Shown here piece by piece: positions 1 through 7,568 of a stretch of DNA of 41,470 bases. Numbering within the stretch: the stretch's first letter is position 1; every line of letters starts with the position of its first letter. A model generated the notes under the pieces. That model was not told the origin of the DNA. It saw only the letters and a program-made list of their open reading frames with translations, and ran no database searches. The translations under genes and the position numbers were made by a program. Source of the DNA: an archaeon. Its GTDB lineage: Archaea; Iainarchaeota; Iainarchaeia; Iainarchaeales; VGJJ01. Where the stretch lies: positions 1 to 41,470 of the forward strand of contig JBBSWQ010000006.1 of NCBI GenBank assembly GCA_038046225.1. The letters run 5' to 3'.

Positions 1-16
1 AATCCTGGAACTCAAA

Positions 17-862
17 ATGGAGGACGCCCCCCAAAAATACGGGTGGGCCCACCTCTACCTGGATCATGCTAAATTCTACCTCAACTCGGCGAACTATTAC
101 CAGGGAATTAACCAGGGAGCCTCTGCGGCCAGCAGCCTAAATAGTGGATTGAGCCTCATCCTGCTCGCCGAAAACACGTATGAAGTGACGAAGGATGTGG
201 AAGAATATTACGAACAGCTCCCTGCCTCTCAATTCTCCATCCTGGAGGGGGCAATAGGGGGATATACTCCTGCAACTGCCCCGGATGGAGGAACCATTCC
301 CCTCACCATCGGGCCGGATGGAAAAGGAAGCGTGGTAGTGAATGGGAATGGTCCATCCAGTTTTCCATTAACATGGATTCTAGGCATCATTGTGGTATTT
401 CTGGGAGTCGTGCTGCTTCTCACCTATGCGGGGAGGGTGAGTCGCCCCTCTTCTTCTACGCAGAATGGACCCCCTGGTTTCACGATAAGAAATGCGGAAG
501 CGGGAACCTCCTCCCTTGCCGGGGGAAGCCGTGTTCTGTTTGCTGTGGACGAGTTAGAAGCCAAGCTCTTCGCGGCCAAGCAGGGATTGAGGCATGCACA
601 ATACCAGCATGCCAATGGGTTGCTCTCCAGTGATGCATTTGAGGAAGTCGAAGGCCATTATGCGGAGCAGATTCGATTCACGAGCAAGGAATTGAGAAAA
701 GCCAATATGGATCTGCGCGTGCAGGAAAAGGGAGGGAAGCGCAAGGGAAGTGTCGCAGTTGCCGAAATGAAATCAGGCACGGGTCGAAATGCCCCCGATT
801 CACCTGGAAGAAAATGGCCGCCGACCAAGAAGACGGTCAAAAAAACAGCAAAAAAGAAATAA
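17..862 (+). CDS. hypothetical single-pass membrane protein with Lys-rich C-terminal tail (possibly 5'-truncated by the window edge)
   Basis: 281-aa ORF with one hydrophobic span (WILGIIVVFLGVVLLLTY) mid-protein. C-terminus is KWPPTKKTVKKTAKKK. The frame stays open back to nt 2, so the true start may lie upstream. No family recognised. Confidence 0.45.
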   Translation: MEDAPQKYGWAHLYLDHAKFYLNSANYYQGINQGASAASSLNSGLSLILLAENTYEVTKDVEEYYEQLPASQFSILEGAIGGYTPATAPDGGTIPLTIGPDGKGSVVVNGNGPSSFPLTWILGIIVVFLGVVLLLTYAGRVSRPSSSTQNGPPGFTIRNAEAGTSSLAGGSRVLFAVDELEAKLFAAKQGLRHAQYQHANGLLSSDAFEEVEGHYAEQIRFTSKELRKANMDLRVQEKGGKRKGSVAVAEMKSGTGRNAPDSPGRKWPPTKKTVKKTAKKK

Positions 863-934
863 TGGGAATTGAAAAAAAGAAGGGTTGGAATCCGAGGAAT
901 TTGGTTTCCCCGGACCCCATTCAAAAAGAAAACT

Positions 935-1237
935 TTATCCGAACAGGCTGGCCAATCCGGCCGCGGCCTCTTCTTCGGTCTTCTTCTCTTCTTCCTTGGG
1001 CTTCGCTTCGGCCTTGTGGTCTCCGTGACCGGCTGCGGGAGCAGCGGCGGGAGCGGCTGAAACAGCGGCTTTGGCGATGGCCTCTTCGATGTTGACATTC
1101 TTGAGAGAAGCAACCAGGGCCTTCACGCGGGCGGAATCCGGTGTGATTCCGGCGGCTTCCAGGACCTTCGTGACGTGCGCCTCGTTGATTTCTTTCTTTG
1201 CGGAATGCAACAGCATTGCACTATATACGTATTCCAT
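935..1237 (-). CDS. rpl12: 50S ribosomal stalk protein P1 (aP1 / L12e)
   Basis: 100 aa. [19 protein letters not shown]... dimerisation domain, Ala/Pro hinge, Lys/Glu linker and canonical C-terminal GLASLFG. GGTGA lies about 8 nt upstream of the ATG. Last gene of the L1-P0-P1 operon. Confidence 0.93.
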   Translation of the reverse strand: MEYVYSAMLLHSAKKEINEAHVTKVLEAAGITPDSARVKALVASLKNVNIEEAIAKAAVSAAPAAAPAAGHGDHKAEAKPKEEEKKTEEEAAAGLASLFG

Positions 1238-1317
1238 GACGAGTCACCTCATTCTCCTTTAGTTTGTCAACCACCTGCTATTTGCAAGTGGAATAACTGT
1301 AAATGGACCCCAGTAAT

Positions 1318-2166
1318 TTACTGGGCATCCTCCTTGACATGCGATTTCAATTCGTCCGCCGTGCGCTGGGCCTTGGCGAGGATTTCCCCCACCGTGGATT
1401 CGGTGAGGACATTCCCATCCAGCGCTACCTGCTTGGCCTCGCGGAAGGCCTTGGTGATGATGACGGGCGTGCTCTTCTCGTTGAAAATGACCGCGTTCAC
1501 CGAAAGATTGAAGGATTCCCGTTCGGCCTGGACGAATTGGTCGAAAATGGCATCCTCGTCGATGTCCAATACGGAAGCGGCGAATAATTCTTTCCCTTCC
1601 ATGACTTGCGTCACATTCAGGCGAAGCTTGATGGGTTTGATCCCAAATTTCCCGAGCACATTCGCCACGGGCGCGGTGACAGGGTCGCCCTTTTTGGTGA
1701 CCACCTTGTCTTCCATGACGGCGATGGTGGCTCCTTGAACGCGCACATTCAATCCCGCTCCTTTCAAGTCGGACAATGCCGGACCGGGAGGCAATCCTGT
1801 GTCTCCGGCGGGAATAATCAGGTCTTCGGGAGCGATCTGCCCTACTTTGGCGGAGACCCTTCCCGAGGATTGCTTGACTAATGCGTACAATTCGAAGGGA
1901 TTGATGCGCGAGAACAATACGGCGGTGCTCCCGGTGAGACCTTGGGCGATGGAGGCATCCACCCCTGCGTTCGTGAGGGCACGCTGGATGATCTTCCGCT
2001 TGGATACTGTCAGAACGGCCTTCCCGGAGAGCTTGACCTTCAATGCCCCATGGAGGTTGGCGGGGAAACCGGACAGATCGGCTACCCCAATGACGGGATA
2101 TTCTTTGGCCAATTGCTCCAATCGTGCGACCTCGGAATGCTTCCATTTTTTGGTGTGGCTGGTCAT
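1318..2166 (-). CDS. rplP0: 50S ribosomal stalk protein uL10 (P0), unusually short form
   Basis: 282 aa. N-terminus KKWKHSEVARLEQLAKEYPVIGVADLSGFPA... is typical of archaeal P0. The start overlaps the L1 stop (ATGA, 2163-2166). The protein ends KSHVKEDAQ without the acidic GLxxLFG tail. Confidence 0.88.
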   Translation of the reverse strand: MTSHTKKWKHSEVARLEQLAKEYPVIGVADLSGFPANLHGALKVKLSGKAVLTVSKRKIIQRALTNAGVDASIAQGLTGSTAVLFSRINPFELYALVKQSSGRVSAKVGQIAPEDLIIPAGDTGLPPGPALSDLKGAGLNVRVQGATIAVMEDKVVTKKGDPVTAPVANVLGKFGIKPIKLRLNVTQVMEGKELFAASVLDIDEDAIFDQFVQAERESFNLSVNAVIFNEKSTPVIITKAFREAKQVALDGNVLTESTVGEILAKAQRTADELKSHVKEDAQ

Positions 2167-2840
2167 GCGGTCGCACCTTCCATTTTCCCACCAATTCGGA
2201 TGGGGGCGGACATGGTCATCTTGACCAATACGGATTTCACGTTCACCTGCTTGTTCCCAATGGCAGGGAGGATGGCCTGATACACGGCAAGCGCATTGTC
2301 GGCGATATCCTCATCCTTCATTTCCTCTTTTCCCACGGAGATGTGAATCAATGGCATGTATTTTCCTTTCTTGTTGGATACCTTCACCACGGACTTCAGC
2401 CGCGCCACTTGGGCGGAGAGATTCTTCATATCCTCATGGGATACGGGGCGGGGCATTCGGTTCTTGGGTGCGAGCGTCTGTCCCAAGAATTTTCCCACGG
2501 TGAGCATGACGGGTCCTTCCGCCAAAAATCCAACATACTGCGTGAGCAATTCTCCCACCTGTTTCTTGTTGAGCTTGGAAATCTGGTCCTCCATCATGAC
2601 CGTGTCCACGATGGAACCGGCCTGCGAGGCGAATTCTTTGTCGCGGGCAAAAAGCAATACTTTTCCTTCCCCTTTTCCCACCGGGTTGGGCAGGGCGACG
2701 TCGACGTCCACTTGGTTCTCGACCTTTTTGAAATCGATGTTGCGGAAATTAATGGTGAGATCGATGGTCTGCTTGAACTTGCGCGGTTCGGCCGACTGGC
2801 GGAGTTGCTGCAATGCGTTCAAGACTTGTGATTTTTCCAT
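2163..2840 (-). CDS. rpl1: 50S ribosomal protein uL1
   Basis: The ORF track gives 2163-2909. I place the start at ATG 2840 (MEKSQVLNALQQLRQSAEPRKFKQTIDLTINF...), which is preceded by GGGAGG 8 nt upstream. uL1-type sequence throughout. Confidence 0.92.
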   Translation of the reverse strand: MEKSQVLNALQQLRQSAEPRKFKQTIDLTINFRNIDFKKVENQVDVDVALPNPVGKGEGKVLLFARDKEFASQAGSIVDTVMMEDQISKLNKKQVGELLTQYVGFLAEGPVMLTVGKFLGQTLAPKNRMPRPVSHEDMKNLSAQVARLKSVVKVSNKKGKYMPLIHISVGKEEMKDEDIADNALAVYQAILPAIGNKQVNVKSVLVKMTMSAPIRIGGKMEGATA

Positions 2841-2926
2841 CTGAAAACCTCCCACTCTCGAGTGGTGAAGCGGCTTTCCATCCATTGGAGAGAATGCGAA
2901 AGTAAGCATCTTCCGATGGGGAAAGG

Positions 2927-2933
2927 TTATAAA
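2927..2933 (-). promoter_or_regulatory. candidate TATA box (TTTATAA on minus strand) for the rpl1-rplP0-rpl12 operon
   Basis: The minus strand reads gatttgaTTTATAAccttt about 87 nt upstream of the rpl1 ATG, implying a 5' UTR of about 60 nt. Sequence-only prediction. Confidence 0.4.
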
Positions 2934-3012
2934 TCAAATCCCTGGGAGGGGGGCCCAGCATGGGGATGGGTCTAAATTTGGGCACATTCTTGGACACCTT
3001 TATCTTTTAAGT

Positions 3013-3033
3013 AAAAAAAGAAGAAAGAAAAAT
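3013..3033 (-). terminator. oligo-T tract downstream of rpl11 (archaeal intrinsic terminator candidate)
   Basis: The minus strand reads tttttctttcttcttttttt starting 14 nt after the rpl11 stop (3047-3049). Confidence 0.5.
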
Positions 3034-3046
3034 ACCCCGCTCTTAT

Positions 3047-3517
3047 TCACTTGAGCTGGGCGACGTATTTCCCGTCTTTAAAATCCAATTGGGCCTGCTT
3101 GGCGTGCTTCCCGTCAATGGTGATGCCCATGGAATTGCACGACCCGATGATTTCCCGGCAGGCTGAGGGGAGGGTGTATGAATTCAATTTTCCCATTTTC
3201 ATCTCGGCAATCTTCTTCACTTGTTCAAACGTCAAATTCCCCTTGACTTCCGTCTTGGGATTTCCTGCCCCTTTGTCGGCGCCGGCCTCTTTTCGAATCA
3301 GCGCACTCGTGGGGGGAGATCCGACGGTGATGGTATATTTCTTCGACTTGTCCACATCCAATACCACGGGAACCTTCATTCCCGCATAATGCTTGGTGGC
3401 TTCATTGATCTCCTGGACTATCTTTCCCACATTCAACCCTAAGGGGGCAAGTGCAGGTCCTAAGGGAGGGGCTGCCGTGGCTTTTCCTCCATCGATCATC
3501 AACTTGATTTCGGCCAT
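3047..3517 (-). CDS. rpl11: 50S ribosomal protein uL11
   Basis: 156 aa. MIDGGKATAAPPLGPALAPLGLNVGKIVQEINE...GSPPTSALIRKEAG is the classic uL11 N-terminal domain. Confidence 0.95.
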   Translation of the reverse strand: MAEIKLMIDGGKATAAPPLGPALAPLGLNVGKIVQEINEATKHYAGMKVPVVLDVDKSKKYTITVGSPPTSALIRKEAGADKGAGNPKTEVKGNLTFEQVKKIAEMKMGKLNSYTLPSACREIIGSCNSMGITIDGKHAKQAQLDFKDGKYVAQLK

Positions 3518-3607
3518 AGTGTATCATTTCCTAGAAGCGAATTGTAACAGCTGAAAGTATGGGGGCGGTAAAGGATTAAAAAGCCACCTCGGAGGGATGC
3601 CATTCTA

Positions 3608-4591
3608 TCATTCAACCGATTTCGATTTTTCGATGAAAAACCAAAAGTATGAGAAGAAAAAAGGGTAAGCAAGATCCCGGAGGAGTGTAAAAAACCACAC
3701 ACGTATTTTTTCCATGAATGTGGATGAACGCCGACGGAAGGAAACTATCCAGCGGAATAGGAATAGGATGGCGATTCCTGCGGGAATGGCCATCCATGAG
3801 AGTAAATAAGCTCCCATTCCGGCCACGACGAAAACGGTCCATGAGAAAATGGATTGAATCCATCCCCCCCTGCCTATTGTTCCATATTTTGCGGAATACG
3901 ACTTAGGAAACTTGCGCGCCAGCCGGATTTCCCCACGAATCATCCCTAGCTCATTCAAGATGCTCCTTGGAGTTATTGCGCGTGTTGGGTGAAATATCTT
4001 CACGCTGGAATCGAAGACGATGGGGCCAAATCGCAATGCCTGGTATGCGATATCCGTGTCTTCGCGGAAAAAATGATACGCTTCATCGAAGCGAACGCCC
4101 CTCTCTTTTACCAGGTCCCTGCGAAAGCCAATGTTGCATGCGGGGTATTCCCCTCCTGCATGATTCTTGGTCGCGTGCGAGAGCAAAGGGGTGTTGTCTC
4201 CATCCGTGTACCCTTCAATTCCCACCGCTGCCGGATTCCGTTTGAATGATTTAACAAATGATTCGACCCAGTCATGGGCAGGGATAACGTCATCATCGGT
4301 GAATGCGATTATCTCCCCACGTGCCAGCCTGATTCCCTCATTGCGCTTGGCGTCTGGCCAGCGAGTAGAAATCTCCTTATACATGAATGGATGCTTGGCG
4401 AGCCGCAATCCTTCATCGGCTGTCTCTTTCAGTGATGTCCCGGTAAATCCAATCAGGATTACTTCATATTTTTTAGGAGAAATAGTCTGATTACGGAGGG
4501 CTGCGAGCGTTTCGCGCAGGGAGGCAGGGCGATTATGCCCGGGGATAATTACGCTCACGATTGGATTGGGCTCGTGTCTTCGGGTCGACAT
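3608..4591 (-). CDS. family 2 glycosyltransferase with C-terminal transmembrane region
   Basis: 327 aa. GT-A signatures VSVIIPGHNRPASLRETLAALRNQT, IAFTDDDVIP (DxD) and FFREDTDIAY, plus 3-4 hydrophobic helices at the C-terminus. It starts 19 nt after the spt5 stop on the same strand. Confidence 0.8.
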   Translation of the reverse strand: MSTRRHEPNPIVSVIIPGHNRPASLRETLAALRNQTISPKKYEVILIGFTGTSLKETADEGLRLAKHPFMYKEISTRWPDAKRNEGIRLARGEIIAFTDDDVIPAHDWVESFVKSFKRNPAAVGIEGYTDGDNTPLLSHATKNHAGGEYPACNIGFRRDLVKERGVRFDEAYHFFREDTDIAYQALRFGPIVFDSSVKIFHPTRAITPRSILNELGMIRGEIRLARKFPKSYSAKYGTIGRGGWIQSIFSWTVFVVAGMGAYLLSWMAIPAGIAILFLFRWIVSFRRRSSTFMEKIRVWFFTLLRDLAYPFFFSYFWFFIEKSKSVE

Positions 4592-4610
4592 ATGAATGGA
4601 TCCGATGGGG

Positions 4611-5051
4611 TCAGTCCTTGATGACGCGGATGTATTCCGCTTTCGTGGTCACGGGGATTTTGACCGTGGCCTCGAGCAGTTCAACCGTCACTTCTTCCTT
4701 GGTCTCGTTCACGCGAATCACGCGGGCCTTTTCTCCCTTGAAGGGTCCGGCAATCAATTCCACTTTCTGGTCAGGCTTAATGCTTTCCATCAAGGGTTTG
4801 GAGGAAAGGATAGCGCCCAATTCTTCGATCTTGACTTGGCCGGGCACCACTCCCCGGCTCTTGACGAGGTTGATTCCTGCGATTCCGCGCTGGACCGTGT
4901 TCTCGTTATCGGCTTCGATGAGGATATATCCTTTCAATCCCGGCATGAGGGCCATGGAATAGATTTCCAATCCCTCCCTCTTGGTCTTGGCCGCGAGGAT
5001 GTCAATGACCATGGATTCCTGCCCCACAGTCGTTCGAACGGTATATATCAT
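4611..5051 (-). CDS. spt5: transcription elongation factor Spt5 (archaeal NusG)
   Basis: NGN domain (MIYTVRTTVGQESMVIDILAAK...GYILIEAD) plus KOW motif (VELIAGPFKGEKARVIRV). I start at ATG 5051; the track start at 5069 is a GTG. Confidence 0.9.
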   Translation of the reverse strand: MIYTVRTTVGQESMVIDILAAKTKREGLEIYSMALMPGLKGYILIEADNENTVQRGIAGINLVKSRGVVPGQVKIEELGAILSSKPLMESIKPDQKVELIAGPFKGEKARVIRVNETKEEVTVELLEATVKIPVTTKAEYIRVIKD

Positions 5052-5114
5052 ACGCGAAAAGACCCCCACAACCCTTAAAAAAGCCCCGTCCGGGGCCCCA
5101 AGAAATGAATAGAA

Positions 5115-5306
5115 TCAAATGGTGTTTCGGATGATGAAAGTGATGAATTCGACCCCATACCCCAACACGCCCAGGATGATGAGCCCGAGCGCGGTGATCC
5201 GAACCATGGTCATGTATTCAGCGGTATCGGGCTTCTTGCTCACAATGAGCACGCGCTGGGCATCCGTGATGAAGGAGTGAATCCACTCCATCGGTTTGAA
5301 TTCCAT
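5115..5306 (-). CDS. secE: preprotein translocase subunit SecE / Sec61-gamma
   Basis: 63 aa with a single C-terminal TM (ITALGLIILGVLGYGVEFITFII). Canonical position upstream of spt5. A minus-strand TATA-like ATTTTAAA (5330-5337) ends 24 nt before the ATG. Confidence 0.8.
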   Translation of the reverse strand: MEFKPMEWIHSFITDAQRVLIVSKKPDTAEYMTMVRITALGLIILGVLGYGVEFITFIIRNTI

Positions 5307-5413
5307 AAATGAAAAGGGGACTAAACGAGTTTAAAATGGTACGGAATCGCGCCAAGCCCCCCTAGTGGGGGAATCTTTTGCGATGATTGGCCGCCCAAAA
5401 ATGAATAAATCCC

Positions 5414-6601
5414 TTATTCCGTGAACTCGATATCCAAGTCGATTTTGGATCCTTCACTCTGGGGCGGACCATCTAGGAAGGGAATCTTTCCCCCGGCGAT
5501 GACCACCATGGCTTGGATATGGGAACGGGGCATGGCTTCATCGATCATGGCCCCCCAAATGATGTGGGCGTTGGGATCGATGCGTGCGCTTACGACTTCC
5601 ACAATCATCTCCGCCTCTCGCAATGTCATGTCGGTCCCACCCACCACGTTGATCAATGCCCGGTTGGCCCCGGAGATATCCACATCCAGCAGTGGGGACG
5701 TGAGCGCGTTCTCCACGGCTTCCAATGCGCGGGCGTCGCTGGCCTTGTCGGCCTTGCTCTCGCCCAACCCGATGAGTGCGGCTCCCCCCTTGTTCAAAAT
5801 GGTTCGCAAGTCCGCAAAATCCAGGTTGATCAATCCTGGTTTGGTGACCATCTCAGTGATTCCCTTCACGGCATTCACCAATACCTCATCCGCCACCTTG
5901 AAGGCGGAATTGACGGGCAAATCAGGGGCGATCTCCAAAATCTTGTCGTTGGGGATGATGATGACGGTATCGGCTTCCTTGCGGAGACGGTTCAATCCCT
6001 CTAATGCATTTTCGATGCGCGTCCGCCCTTCCACTGTAAACGGGAGAGTGACCACACCCACAGTCAATGCGTTCTGTGCCTTGGCGATGCTCGCGATGAC
6101 GGGAGCGGCACCCGTGCCAGTTCCCCCGCCCATTCCGCATGTGATGAATACGAGATCGGAGCCCTGGAGCAATTCTTTCAAATCGTGCTCGCTCTCCCGC
6201 GCCGCTGCTTCCCCAACAGATGGATCGGATCCCGCTCCCAATCCTCTCGTCAATTGTTTGCCGATTAATATCTTGCGCTGCGCGTTGATGTGCAATAATG
6301 CTTGGGCATCCGTGTTCACGGCGAATGTTTCTCCCCCTTCTAATCCCACTTCGGAGAGGCGATTGATCGTGTTCGTCCCGCCTCCTCCAACTCCAATCAC
6401 GCGAATCTTGGCGTGGGTTTCCTGGATGATAGCCTTCAATTCCTCTTCATCCTTCAACTGCTGCTCGGTCTTCTGGGAGGGATGCATATCCACGGGTTCC
6501 GCACCCATGCGAGGGTGGTTCATGACCGACCCGGAGGGGGTGTACCCGTACCCCTGGTTGGTTTCCTGGACTTTGCTGACCCGGTCGAAAAAACTACTCA
6601 T
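5414..6601 (-). CDS. ftsZ: cell division GTPase FtsZ
   Basis: Tubulin/FtsZ signatures IRVIGVGGGGTNTINRL, NTDAQAL and GMGGGTGTGAAPVIA. About 65 aa of N-terminal extension precede the core. Start is ambiguous: ATG 6601 (MSSFF) or ATG 6658. Confidence 0.92.
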   Translation of the reverse strand: MSSFFDRVSKVQETNQGYGYTPSGSVMNHPRMGAEPVDMHPSQKTEQQLKDEEELKAIIQETHAKIRVIGVGGGGTNTINRLSEVGLEGGETFAVNTDAQALLHINAQRKILIGKQLTRGLGAGSDPSVGEAAARESEHDLKELLQGSDLVFITCGMGGGTGTGAAPVIASIAKAQNALTVGVVTLPFTVEGRTRIENALEGLNRLRKEADTVIIIPNDKILEIAPDLPVNSAFKVADEVLVNAVKGITEMVTKPGLINLDFADLRTILNKGGAALIGLGESKADKASDARALEAVENALTSPLLDVDISGANRALINVVGGTDMTLREAEMIVEVVSARIDPNAHIIWGAMIDEAMPRSHIQAMVVIAGGKIPFLDGPPQSEGSKIDLDIEFTE

Positions 6602-6746
6602 CAAAAATCCCCCTCGTGCAATCCTCGTGTAAATAGTGGTATTGGGCAACTCTCCCATTAACGTTTTCTATCATTAAAAATGCTCCTATTAACGCGCGGG
6701 GGACGGCGATTTATTAACCAATGGAGGGTAATCCTGGAAGATTACT

Positions 6747-7559
6747 ATGAACCAGTGGGCTATGGGAATCACACTCGTCATTATCCTTGCATCCATCGGG
6801 GTTATTTTTACGGTGACGCAGTGGGAGCTCCCCCTCTCGAATGGAACCATTGTTTCGGGGACCCCCGAATGGGTGTTGCTCCAGCCCCAAAAATGCGCCG
6901 AAATCCCCTGGCGGAAAGAATGGTCGATTGAAAGTGGAAAATCCTATGCGGAATTCCCCGTGGGGGAGGAGCTGTCCATCCTCGGGGACTATTATTCGGG
7001 GAAGGGAATCCCTATCCTGGACGTCACCCTCACGTATCAATCCACCGATGCTACGTGCACCCAGTGCGGGTGCCCCGAATCATTCGTTTATGCATTGTTG
7101 GTCCACCCCTCCGACGCGGCCCGGCTGGCGGTATCGGGATTCACCATCCTTGACGCGGAGGATCCCGCCATATTCACGGGCCCCTTCTTCCGTCAATCCT
7201 CCACGCAACCCATCCCATTGGTGAAGTCCTCGGAGTGTGAGGGACTATTTGCCACCCACACGGTGATTGATGGATTGTTAGGGAGTAAAAAAGATTCCTG
7301 CTATATCCAAGCGGCAATATCCGAGAAAGACCCGGGGGTGTGCGCGAAGGTCTATTCCATCAAGGCCCAACACACGTGCTACACGGAAGTTGCGGTGTCT
7401 CAGAAAAATGGGAGTGTGTGCGATTACCTCTCCTCCCAACCCAAGGATAGTTGCATCTCGAGCGTTGCCGGAATCACGCAGAAGCCCGAACTGTGCATTG
7501 CAATCTCGGACTCCACTGCCCAATATCTCTGTGAATTGGGCGCGACGCAGAAAGAATGA
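6747..7559 (+). CDS. hypothetical membrane-anchored/secreted protein with C-terminal Cys-pair repeats
   Basis: 270 aa. N-terminal hydrophobic anchor MGITLVIILASIGVIFTV. The C-terminal third carries about 3.5 repeats of a ~25-aa unit of the form DSCY-x3-A-x6-8-C. Confidence 0.55.
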   Translation: MNQWAMGITLVIILASIGVIFTVTQWELPLSNGTIVSGTPEWVLLQPQKCAEIPWRKEWSIESGKSYAEFPVGEELSILGDYYSGKGIPILDVTLTYQSTDATCTQCGCPESFVYALLVHPSDAARLAVSGFTILDAEDPAIFTGPFFRQSSTQPIPLVKSSECEGLFATHTVIDGLLGSKKDSCYIQAAISEKDPGVCAKVYSIKAQHTCYTEVAVSQKNGSVCDYLSSQPKDSCISSVAGITQKPELCIAISDSTAQYLCELGATQKE

Positions 7560-7568
7560 TGGTTCATT

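Noticed and set aside
1175-2280. Several long alternative-frame or antisense ORFs over rplP0 (for example 1259-2194 at 311 aa, 1175-1738, 1799-2224)
   Set aside because: They overlap the confidently identified P0 frame. Arg/Gly/His-rich translations are typical of off-frame reading of GC-rich coding DNA.
2841-2909. N-terminal extension of the rpl1 ORF in the track (start 2909)
   Set aside because: The extension (MLTFAFSPMDGKPLHHSRVGGFQ) is not L1-like. ATG 2840 has a GGGAGG SD at ideal spacing and gives a canonical L1 N-terminus.
5340-5400. Intergenic GC-rich hairpin CCCCC-CTAGT-GGGGG after ftsZ, checked as a possible tRNA or ncRNA
   Set aside because: Too short, with no cloverleaf or conserved tRNA boxes. 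It is at most a small 3' hairpin of the ftsZ transcript.
5421-6632. 403-aa plus-strand ORF covering almost all of ftsZ
   Set aside because: It is antisense to an unmistakable FtsZ gene. The translation is low-complexity (Ser/Ala/Pro-rich) with no recognisable motifs, which is a typical shadow ORF.
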